Assembly (NCBI GenBank): GCA_964106645.2
Contig: OZ067042.1
Strand: one strand, 5' to 3'
Length of the DNA stretch: 64,000 nt
Source: Podarcis pityusensis
Lineage: Eukaryota
The notes beneath the pieces are model-generated. The model worked only from the letters and a program-made list of their open reading frames with translations, was not told the origin of the DNA and did not search any database. This document shows positions 39,212 through 49,670 of this stretch, in pieces. A program made the translations under genes and the position numbers. Position 1 is the first letter of the stretch, and each line of letters starts with the position of its first letter.

Positions 39212-39353
39212 CGTTTGGTAGAGTACCGCAATCTTAATCTCAGGGTTGTGGGTTCGAGTCCCACATCAGGCGAACGATTCCTGTACTGCGGGGGGGGGGG
39301 GGCTGGACAAGATGACCTGCATGGTCCCTTCCACCAATCCAATGAGCCTATGA
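39212..39353 (+). mobile_element. tRNA-Lys(CUU)-derived SINE with CR1-like tail
   Basis: GGTAGAG...TCTTAATCTCAGGGTTGTGGGTTCGAGTCCCAC resembles tRNA-Lys and is followed by a CR1-type GGTCCCTTCCA...CTATGA tail. Confidence 0.8.
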
Positions 39354-39699
39354 TTAGGAAGGCAGAAGTAGGCGGAGGCCCTCTTGGGAGTAATTCCCTG
39401 CACTCAGCGGCTAATAGAACCACGTAACAGGAAGTCCTCAGCGTCAGCTCTCGCTTGTCCAGAGAGGGCCAGGAATGCGCCTCCTTCGACCATTTCCACC
39501 CCCGAAATGGGGTGTGTGGGGTGTTGTAGTTATTGTCGTTATTATTATAATTACTAGGTGTTGACATTATTAATTATTATTGCTATTATTATTATTATTA
39601 TTATTGTTGTTGTTATTATTATTAACAGCCTAACTTACAGGGTTGGTGGTGACTTTTACCACACGGTAACATCCATAAAGGGTCGGACACACTGCCTTC

Positions 39700-40405
39700 T
39701 CCCCCCCCCCCCCCGCCCGGTTATCTATCCTTCGCCCATCCGGCCCGCCAGAAGGAAGCGCGAATCCGGCCGGCCACGTCAGCTGGCCAGCGCGGAGCCC
39801 ACACTCGGCTCGGCGCCACTCACCAGGTTGAGCGGGCCCTCCATCACCTCCATGGGCGGCTGAGGGCACATGGGCGCTGAGGCGGCCTCTTCGCCGCTCC
39901 GGCCCGAGCGCCCTTAGCGCGGCCCCGACGGCAACCAGCCCGCTTGTAAACACCGCGACGCCGAGGCGCTTCCGCCCCGCGCGCCCGCAGTGACGTCAGC
40001 GCGCACCACGCCAGCAGGCGAGGCGGAGGCGAGGCCGCTTCACCACGCCCGCTCTCGCGCGCGGCCGCCAGTTCACGTCCGGACACCCCGCGAGATGACC
40101 GGCCGTCTCCTTGGTAACCGGCGTCCAACGGTTTTCCCTCACAAAGGCGGCTCGCTGGCCTTGAACCGCCGCCGGCCGGCTGCGGTAGCCGCTAAGGGCT
40201 GGGGCCGCTGACTCAGTGCTGCGACCTCCCGCCTCCGCTTTCCCCGCAGCGCCTCAAAACACCCCGGCGGTTTCCACAGGCCGAAGGTTAGGCACGAAGC
40301 GAAGTTCGCCGATTCCAGGCCGCTCGTCCGTTGAGCTCGGTGTCGCCGCTCTGACTGGCAGCCGCTGCCCCGAGCTGCCCGGGGTTGAGCCTGGTCGCTT
40401 CCTGT
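39700..40405 (-). promoter_or_regulatory. NRBF2: NRBF2 CpG-island promoter/exon 1
   Basis: Abrupt GC- and CpG-rich block around the start codon. GC boxes, CRE TGACGTCA at 39991-39998, X-box-like GTCTCCTTGGTAAC at 40105-40118. Confidence 0.9.
39824..39853 (-). CDS. NRBF2: NRBF2 exon 1 coding part (MEVMEGPLNL)
   Basis: ATG GAG GTG ATG GAG GGC CCG CTC AAC CTG followed by gtgagt. Total CDS 30+85+41+705 = 861 nt = 286 aa + stop. Confidence 0.96.
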
Positions 40406-40684
40406 GGCTAATAAAAACAAAAAACCCTCAACACGCTAAAAACTCCAGAGAAGGAGAGAGAGACAGCAGGCTGTACTTCTAGAGCACCTTCCCCTCCCCA
40501 AGAAGCCTGGGAAATGTAGTTTGTTAAAAGGTGCTGGGAATTGTAGCTCCGTGGGGAGTAAACGACAGTTTCCACGACTCTTGGGTGAGCGGGAAGAGTG
40601 CTTTGAATGCGCTTTATGTGCATCATTTATAGTAGCAGGTCATGTCAAGATGTGAACTGTGAAACCAATGCCACTGTAAATAGA

Positions 40685-40957
40685 TAAAAGTAAAGGGACT
40701 CCTGACCCAGTCGTGACCAATTCTGGGGTTGCGGCGCTCATCTCGCTTTATTGGCCAAGGGAGCCGGTGTACAGCTTCCGGGTCATGTGGCAAGCATGAC
40801 TGAGCCGCCGTTTACCCTCCCACGGGAGCGGTACCTATTTATCTACTTGCACTTTGACATGCTTTTGAACTGCTAGGTTGGCAGGAGCTGGGACCAAGCA
40901 ATGGGAGCTCACCCCGTCACGGGGATTCGAACCGCTGACCTTCTGATCGGCAAGTCC
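40685..40957 (-). mobile_element. Sauria SINE, partial
   Basis: Same body and tail as the other copies. Confidence 0.85.
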
Positions 40958-41719
40958 TTTAATTCCTGTGCTTCGGATGAGGTATGGATACCCGGGTGAG
41001 ATTTTAGTGAAGCCAGAGCCGTGGGATGCTTCATTGAGATTTTAAAGATCTAGTAACATGCACATGTTTGGGGGTGCAAATGTTACTTTCTGCGACTTCT
41101 AGGATAATGATGCTTTGAATTAAAGTTTGAGAATTCAGTGAGGTAACAATCATTTTGCTTTCTGTCACATCTTACTGGACTGAAACACCCATCATCCCTG
41201 ACTATTCACCATGCTGGCTGAGGCTGATGGCAGTTGGAGTCCAGCAACCTCTACAGGGCCAGTGGTTGCTTAGCTGATCAACTGATGATGACCGCAGCCA
41301 TATTTATTTTGAGGCTGTTGTGTTTCTGGTGTATTAATGTGAAAGGGATTGGTTTTTTATTGTTGCATCATAAGTTAATTCAACAAAGAGCATAGAACCT
41401 TAAAGATGAACACATTTATTATGGTTTAACATTTTTATAGGCTAGATTCCACTTATCAGATGCATGAAATCCCAGGTGACAGGTGTACGTATGTGAGATA
41501 CACATCTCCACCATCAGAGCAATATAGGTCAGCAGGGCTTCTCATCTGATTAGCCACAGGGAGAACAGGATAATGGACTATATGGACCACTGGTCTGATC
41601 CAGCAAGTTCTCATGTCACACAGAAAAACATGGAGGTAGAGTAATAAATGTAAACAGTGAGGTCAGGTGGAAGCAAAATGGGGGGTGGGGAAAACTGCCT
41701 TTGACAATTATATTACCAT

Positions 41720-42035
41720 AAAGGTAAAGGGACCCCTGACCATTAGGTCCAGTCGTGGCTGACTCTGGGGTTGCGGCGCTTATCTCGCTTTATTGGCCAA
41801 GGGAGCCGGCATACAGCTTCCGGGTCATGTGGCCAGCATGACAAAGCCGCTTCTGGCGAGCCAGAGCAGCGCACGGAAACACCGTTTACCTTCCCGCCAG
41901 AGCAGTACCTATTTATCTACTTGCACTTTGACATGCTTTCGAACTGCTAGGTTGGCAGGAGCTGGGACCGAACAATGGGAGCTCACCCCGTCACAGGGAT
42001 TCGAACCGCCGACCTTCTGATCAGCAAGCCCTAAG
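41720..42035 (-). mobile_element. Sauria SINE, missing extreme 5' end
   Basis: Same body and tail as the other copies. Confidence 0.88.
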
Positions 42036-42585
42036 GTATGCTAAAAGATTTTGGTGTTGCTGCAACAACCTTTCACAGTGACCCTCAGGTAATTGTCATA
42101 TGTTACACTTCTTTCAATTTTTTAAAAGCATTTTTGTGGACAAATAAATGCAAATCATTGGTAAAAGGTAGTTAACTAATCAACAAAACATTCTTTACTT
42201 GGTTAACAGAGTTACTTTTAAAATAAAATAACAAACACTCTGGAACTGTATTCTGTGCTTGCCACAAAGTACAGGAAACATCAGAGGCAGATATAATGTG
42301 AATAAACTGCATGTGTGGTTTTCCCCATGGTTTCTTTTGCCTTTTAGTCGAAACCAGCGAGAGGCTGCAGGTTTAAGTAGAGGACAGCAAAAGGAAGGCC
42401 TGCTTAAACATTCCCGCCCCCACCCCAATATAAAACACAAACATCCTGGGCTGCTCTTCTCCAAATGGGCAGAAAAGGTATGAGTTCTATGACAACATCT
42501 TTCAGACAGGTTCATCCAATACATAATGGCTATTTGCCCTAACCATTTTGAAACAGTACTCATATCTTTCTGCTATCCTCTACAG

Positions 42586-43583
42586 CAGTGTTTTTCAACC
42601 TTTTTTGGGCAAAGGCACACTTGCTTCATGAAAAAAATCACGAGGCACACCACCATTAGAAAATGTTAAAAAATTTAACTCTGTGCCTATATTAACTATA
42701 TATAAAGTAATTCTCTTGAATAAGAATCAAATAAACACAAAGAAAGTATTTTATAATTACTTTATTATGAAATAGTAAGTAAACAGAAATATGAAAAATT
42801 ATAAAATACTTTATTCAGTGCGCAACCTGGGCCTGTTTGGCTGAACACAAAGCTGATATTCTGGCTGGAATCGAAGAAAGACACACACGTAGCTCTTCGT
42901 CAACAGCTCTCAGTCTCTCTCTGTATTTAGTTTTTATAGCAATCATGCTTGAAAAGCTCATCTCACACAGATATGTAGTGGAAAATGGGAGCAATGTCAA
43001 AATAGCTTTGTTTGCCAGAAGGGGGAACTCCTTGGCAGTATCCAACCAAAAACTGTCCAAAGGTAGATCAGCAAATCTTAGCTTGAAACCATGATTTTGT
43101 CTTAGTTCAGTTAGTTCCTCCTGCTCCTGTAAAGTCATGTCCTTTCCACCAACTGATGCTGAGCTATAACGGTCCCTAACCCAGTCAAGGCATTCAGTGG
43201 AGACTGAAGAGAAATAAAACGACAACTTCTCCGGTCCTCCTGGTGACTCGAGTCGCGACGTCGTCTTCTCTCCGCTGCTGCGCACGCTGTGCTCGGGCGG
43301 GAAGGAAGTCAGAAGATGATGTCCTACTGTGATAGGTCCAGGCTGGAGTCTGGACCAATCACAGCCCGGACATCAGAAAAGTGGAGGGTGTCCCCCTGAG
43401 GAGCGCCAATCGGCGCCCCTGCTGGCCGAGGGTGGGGTCAAAAACCCCACCCATACCCAGGACACAGTCCGGCGCCCGCCTAGTGGGCGAAAATTTGATT
43501 ATTATTATTTTAAAATCTTTCGAAATTTTCAATTTTTCCCACGGCACACTAGTGTGCCGCGGAACAGTGGTTGAAAAACACTG
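42586..43583 (-). mobile_element. internally deleted hAT (Charlie/Buster-like) transposon, 998 bp, retaining the C-terminal dimerisation domain
   Basis: Perfect 15-bp TIR CAGTGTTTTTCAACC and perfect 8-bp TSD CTCTACAG. Minus-strand frame encodes [17 protein letters not shown]...KTKYRERL...QAQVAH*. Confidence 0.93.
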
Positions 43584-43814
43584 CTCTACAGAGTACACAT
43601 GGGAGAGGCAGGAAGAAGATAGTATAAGTGTTTAGGAATTCCCAATTAAGCAATTTAGTACTTACATTACCATTGATATATTTGAACTTGTGTAGTTTGT
43701 AATCCTATCCTCTAGGTGTCTTCAGTGACCAGCATTCCTTAAAAGACAAAATGACTGTATGAAATAATGACTATTGTAACTGCAAGCTATATTCCAATTG
43801 GTATGAAAAAGTTT

Positions 43815-45150
43815 TCATTTGGATCCCTTCCAATCGGGATTCAGGCCTCACCATGGGACTGAAACTGCCTTGGTCGCTTGTTGATGATCTCCGGCAGGCT
43901 AGGGACAAAGGTGAGAGCTGTTTCCTATTTCTGCTGGATCTCTCAGCGGCCTTTGACACCATCAACCATAACATCCTTCTGGACCGTCTAGAGGGGCTGG
44001 GAGCTGGGGGCACTGTTATACTGTGGTTCTGCTCCTTTCTCCTGGGCCGTGTCCAGAAAGTGGTTTGGGGGATGAGTGTTCAGACCCCTGGGCTCTCACT
44101 TGTGGGGTGCTTCAGGGTTCCATCCTCTCCCCCATGCTTTTTAATATCTATATGAAGCCGCTGGGAGAGATCATCGGGGGTTTGAGCTGGGTGTTCATCA
44201 GTATGCAGATGACACCCAGCTCTACCTCTCCTTTAAATCGGAACCAGTGAAGGCGGTGAAGGTCCTGTGTGAATGCCTGGAGGCGGTTGGAGGCTGGATG
44301 GCGGCTAACAGATTGAGGTTGAATCCTGACAAGACAGAAATACTATTTTGGGTGGGCAGGGGTGGGGGATTCCATGGTCCTGAATGGGGTAACTATGCCC
44401 CTGAAGGACCAGGTGCGCAGCCTGGGAGTCATTTTGGACTCACAGCTGTCCATAGAGGCACAGGTTAATTCTGTGTCCAGGGCAGTTGTCTACCAGCTCC
44501 ACCTGGTACGCAGGCTAAGACCCTACCTGCCCACAGACTGTCTCGCCAGAGTGGTGCATGCTCTAGTTATCTCCCGCTTGGACTACTGCAATGCGCTCTA
44601 CATGGGGTTACCTTTGAAGGTGACCCGGAAACTGCAATTAACCCAGAATATGGCAGCTAGACTGGTGACTGGGAGTGGCCGCCAGGACCACATAACACCG
44701 GTCCTGAGAGATCTGCATTGGCTCCCAGTACGTTTCCGAGCACAATTCAAAGTTTTGGTACTGACCTTTAAAGCCCTAAACGGCCTCGGCCCTGTATACC
44801 TGAAGGAGCGTCTTCACCCCCATCGTTCAGCCCTGACACTGAGATCCAGTGCCGAGAGCCTTCTGGCGGTTCCCTCATTGCGAGAAGTGAGGTTACAGGG
44901 AACCAGACAGAGGGCCTTCTTGGTAGTGGCGCCCGCCCACCCTGTGGTACACCCTCCCTTCAGATGTGAAGGAAATAAGCAGCTATCCTATCTTTAAAAG
45001 ACATCTGAAGGCAGCCCTGTTTAGGGAAGTTTTTAATATTTAATGCTATACTGTTTTTAACACTTGATTGGGAGCTGCCCAGAGTGGCTGGGGAAACTCA
45101 GCCAGATGGGCGGGGTATAAATAATAAATTATTGTTATTATTATTATTAT
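43815..45150 (+). mobile_element. 5'-truncated L2/CR1-group LINE (RT fragment and 3' end with (TAT)n tail)
   Basis: FQSGFRPHHGTETAL, LLDLSAAFDTINH, GVLQGSILSP, YADD, LDYCNALY, HITPVL..LHWLPV; several frameshifts. Confidence 0.9.
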
Positions 45151-45159
45151 TAATAATAA

Positions 45160-47826
45160 TATTTTTATTAAGTACAAATTAGAAAACATACATATTCACA
45201 ACAAAAGAAAATACATCTAACCAAGGAAAAAGAATTAGAGAATATTTTGTCTCTTTTCATATTTACAGTTATTTATACCACTATAAAATGCTATTCACAA
45301 TAAAGCAGTGAAATGAAAGATATCAGAAAAAAGAACAAAGAAAGAATAAAGAAGTAAAAGAAAAAGATCATAAGTGAAAAATTTTAAAAGTAGATAAGTA
45401 CTCACAATACATAGCCGCTTCCCATCTATATTTATATTCAATTGTATTATTTCATCTTGTCCTTATCTACCTTAAATAAATTGGTTTATAAAAAAAAAAA
45501 AGACTTCCACTGTTTACCTCACGCATTTTTAATAATCCGTTCGTCAGAACCTCTGTTCTTCATATTTTCCCTTTGGATTTCCTTAATGTCTCACTTGGTA
45601 TTTTTTTATATTACGCACAAGATTATTCTAAACACAACCAGATTTTTGTAGTTGAGCCCTGGTTTTGTAAATAATCATTTAAGAACTCCCATTGCTTCAT
45701 AACCATAGTTTTGGATTTTCTCCTTATTATATCCGTCAATTTTGCTAATTCCAGGTGCTCGCAAAGTTTCCCCAACCATTCTCTTTTTGTTGGGATGCTG
45801 TCTTCTTTCCAATAGCTAGCAATCAAAAATTTTGCTGCTGTTGTCGCGTATAGAAATAAGTTAGTTTTATCTTTTGGGATATCTTTATCTAGAATTCCTA
45901 ATAGATATGCCTCTGCCTTTTTTGTGTGTGATGTCCTTATCAATTTTTTTATTTCGTCATGGATCATGTCCCAAAAGGTTTTAATCTTTGGGCAAGTCCA
46001 CCACATGTGGTATAACGTACCTTTTGTTCTGTTACATTTCCAACATTTGTCGTTGTTCCTTTTATTTATTTTTGACAATCTGTCAAGGGTTAGGTACCAT
46101 CTGTGGTGAATTTTTCTGAAATTCTCCCTTAATAAATCACACGCAGTAAAATTTATGTTTTCCTCCCAAAAAGTTTTCCATCTTTCCAGATCTATCTCAT
46201 ATCCCAAATCGTGCTCCCATTTTAACATGTTTTCCCCTTTCGTCTCTTGTTCTAAGGTGGTTTTCATTAATAATCTATACATTTTTGCAAGTATTTTTTG
46301 ATCACTTTGCAATATTTCCTTTTCTAATTTTGAGGTTTTATTTTCAAATTCCCCCCTTTTTATGTCTTTTTTCATATGTTGCTTTTAATTGATAATATTG
46401 TAACCAATTTATTCCAAATGTTTGTAATTGTTCGTAAGTTTTTAATTTAATATTTACGTCTGCATCCTCTAATATTTCCCTATATGTTGGCCAAGTTTCT
46501 TTTACATTACTCTTTAATGTTGTAGTTGCTTCCACTGGCGAAACCCATTGGGGAGTTTTCTCAATAATTTTTCCTTTTGTTCTTTCCCAGACATCCAATA
46601 GAGCCTTTCTTACTATGTGATTTGTAAATTTTTTATGTTGATCTTTTTTGTCATAGAATAAATAGCCGTGCCAGCCGTATATTTTGTCCCAGCCCTCTAG
46701 TGTTAGGACTTCATTATCTTTTAATAATATCCATTTTTTTATCCAACACCAACACGCTGCCTCAAAATACTTTCTTAAATCTGGCACTGCGAATCCTCCA
46801 CTTTCCTTTGGGCCCATCATTACTTCTAATTTTATCCTTGCTTTTCCGCCCTGCCATATAAAATTTGCAAGATCTCTTTGCCAGCTTATAAAATATTTAG
46901 TTCCTATTACAATTGGAATCATTTGGAATAAAAATAGAATTTTGGGGAGTATCATCATTTTAATCATAGATATTCTTCCTCCTAATGATAGTTTTAGTTT
47001 TCCCCATTTATCCATACTTCCTTTAATTTCTTTCCATTTTTTGATATAATTATCCTTAAATAAATTTGTATTTTTATTTGTAATCCATATCCCTAAGTAT
47101 TTCACTTTATTTTCTATTTTTAGTCCTGTTGTTTCCTCTAATTCCTTTTTCCCTTTCTCGCCTATATTTTTAGTTATCAATTTCGATTTATCTTTGTTCA
47201 ATTTGAATCCTGCTGCTTCGCCAAATTCTTTTATTCTTTCTAATGCTTTTTTATACTTTGTTTTGGTGTTTTGGTTGTAATGATCACATCGTCTGCAAAT
47301 GCTCTTACTTTGTAACACTGTGTACCAAGACATATGCACTTTATTTCTATGTCCTTTCTCAGAGCTATTAATAGGGTTTCTAATATTGTTATAAATAGGA
47401 GTGGGGATAAAGGACATCCCTGTCGTGTCCCTCTCTTGATGTCGGATTCTTCTGTAATTTTGTTGTTTAGGATTAATTTGGCTCTTTGTTTTTTCTAGAT
47501 TGCTTGAATTCCATTCATAAATCTTTTACCTAAATTTAAACTTTCACAGGTTTTGATCATAAATTTCCAAGAGACACTGTCAAATGCCTTTTCAGCATCT
47601 ACCAAAAGCATTGAAATTTCTTTACTTGGGTTCATTTCGGCATATTCTATTAAGTCTATAATTATTCTAGTGTTGTTCTTTATTTGTCTGGCTGGCAAAA
47701 ATCCTGCCTGATGTTTTTTAATTACCCTTTTCAGCAGAGTTTTCATTCTATTTGCAAGAACTCCAGTAAATATTTTATAGGCTATATTCAATAAAGATAT
47801 TGGCCTGTAGTTTTTTATAGGTCTCA
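45160..47826 (-). mobile_element. 5'-truncated L1-clade LINE (ORF2 RT to C-terminal CCHC, 3' UTR)
   Basis: NYRPISLLN, LLVDAEKAFD, RQGCPLSP, AFADD, CWKC..GTLYHMWWTC split across three frames; A-rich coding strand. Confidence 0.9.
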
Positions 47827-49214
47827 TTTATTATTATGCTTAAATGTTCTAAAACAGTCCACAATCCTGCCTTAACTAAACATAATGTTATATGGGTTAC
47901 TTGGAATCACCACTCTGCTGTGGTTCCAATGAAAAAATGACCTTTGGCTTCATTTTTTTTTTTTTAGTTGGGGGCTGAATAAATTTAGAGTGCATTATTT
48001 CCATGTCAGTTACTTATGTGAGTAGACATACAAATAATTGCACTGCATGTTTACCTTGTTCAGAAGGCAAGTCCCCCTTGAATTCAGTGAGACTTATGCC
48101 CAGGTAAATGGGGATTGAAGCCATATTATTTATCCATTATTCCTTACATAAAATTAATTAGCTTCTTAATCGTATCCTGAATTATTTCCCTGTAGCTTGT
48201 CCTTTCTCAGCACTTGAATTATAACCTGTCTTGAACTGATTCAACATTTGTGGTGAGCATGTACATTAAGTAAGTGTATATCATTTTATCAGCATTAAAC
48301 ATATTAATTCATCACATTACATATTTAGGTCCTAAGCCTATCTGGTGTTTGTAAGCTTTTCCAATTAGTTTAACTTAACATATTTAACTAAATAGTCTTT
48401 AAATTTCGTCCATTCTTCCTGATACTCCTCCTCCTTCTGGTCACGGACTCTTCCAGTCAGGTCAGCTAGCTCCGAAAAATCCATCATCTTCATCTGCCAG
48501 TCTTCCACTGTTGGTACTTCTTGTGTTTTCCAGTTCTTGGCTAATAAAATTTGAGCAGCAGTTGTGGCATACACAAATAGTTTAGCATCTTTCTTCGGCA
48601 ATTCCAAACCTGTTATTCCAGGAAGAAAGGCCTCTGATTTATTTATAAATGTATATTTCAACATTTTTTCCAATTCATTATAAATCTTTTCCCACAAGTC
48701 TTTCACCTTGGGGCAGGTCCACCACATATAATAGAAGGTACCTTCTTTTTCATTACATTTCCAACATAGGTTGTCACTATTATGATAAATCTTTGCTAAT
48801 TTCACAGGAGTCAGATACCATCTATACATCATTTTCATTAAGTTTTCCTTTAACACTGTACATGCAGTGAACTTGACCCCTTTCTTCCACAATCTTTCCC
48901 AATCCTCAAACATTATGTTATGTCCTACATCTCTTGCCCAATCTATCATCACTGATTTAACTTGTTCATCCTTTGTATGCCACTCCAACAATAAGTTACA
49001 CATTTTAGACAAATTTTTAACTTTGGAATCCAGCGGCTTCGTCTCCAACTTAGATTTTTCAGAACCAAAACCATTTTTCTTATCTAATTTGTATAATTCA
49101 TTAATCTGGTGATAATATAGCCAATTTAACTTATCTTTAACTTGATCAAATGGTTTTAGTTTGTATCCTTCTTTATCCTCCAATAATAAATCTGAATATA
49201 TCAACCATTTGATA

Positions 49215-49670
49215 CAGTGGTGCCCCGCAAGACAAATGCCTCGCAAGACGGAAAACCCGCTAGACGAAAGGGTTTTCCGTTTTGGAGGTGCTTCACAAAA
49301 CGAATTTCCTATGGGCTTGCTTAGCAAGACGAAAATGTCTTGCGAGTTCCTGCGGGGGTTTTTTCCTCCCCCCCCCCTTTTTCCCAAGCCGCTAAGCCGC
49401 TTATCAGCTGATCCGCTAAGCCGCTTATCAGCTGATCCGCTAAGCCGCTTACCAGCTGATCCGCTAAGCCGCTTACCAGCTGATCCGCTAAGCCGCTTAT
49501 CAGCTGATCCGCTAAGCCGCTTATCAGCTGATCCGCTAAGCCGCTTATCAGCTGATCCGCTAAGCCGCTAATAGCACTAAGCCGCTAATGGGCTTGCTTT
49601 GCAAGACGAAAAAACCGCAAGACGAAGAGACTCGCGGAACGGATTCTTTTCATCTTGCGAGGCACCACTG
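49215..49670. mobile_element. Tc1/mariner (Tigger/pogo-like) MITE, 456 bp
   Basis: TA TSD at 49213-14 and 49671-72; TIR CAGTGGTGCC(C/T)CGCAAGA. Confidence 0.9.
49389..49570. repeat. 24-bp minisatellite CCGCTAAGCCGCTTA(T/C)CAGCTGAT x7 plus partial
   Basis: Direct inspection; units 3 and 4 carry the C variant. Confidence 0.97.

Noticed and set aside
39212-39272. functional tRNA-Lys gene
   Set aside because: Acceptor stem and D arm are degraded and it continues into a CR1-like SINE tail.
38905-40482. overlapping ORFs around the NRBF2 promoter
   Set aside because: Explained by GC-rich stop-codon scarcity, SINE and microsatellite sequence; no recognisable domains.
48365-49387. 340-aa ORF as a novel protein
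   Set aside because: Chimeric read-through from the MITE into L1 ORF2; no evidence of expression.
49389-49570. CRISPR-like array or repeat protein (LSRLSADP)n
   Set aside because: Units are contiguous with no unique spacers, the context is eukaryotic, and the ORF is a by-product of a 24-bp period.
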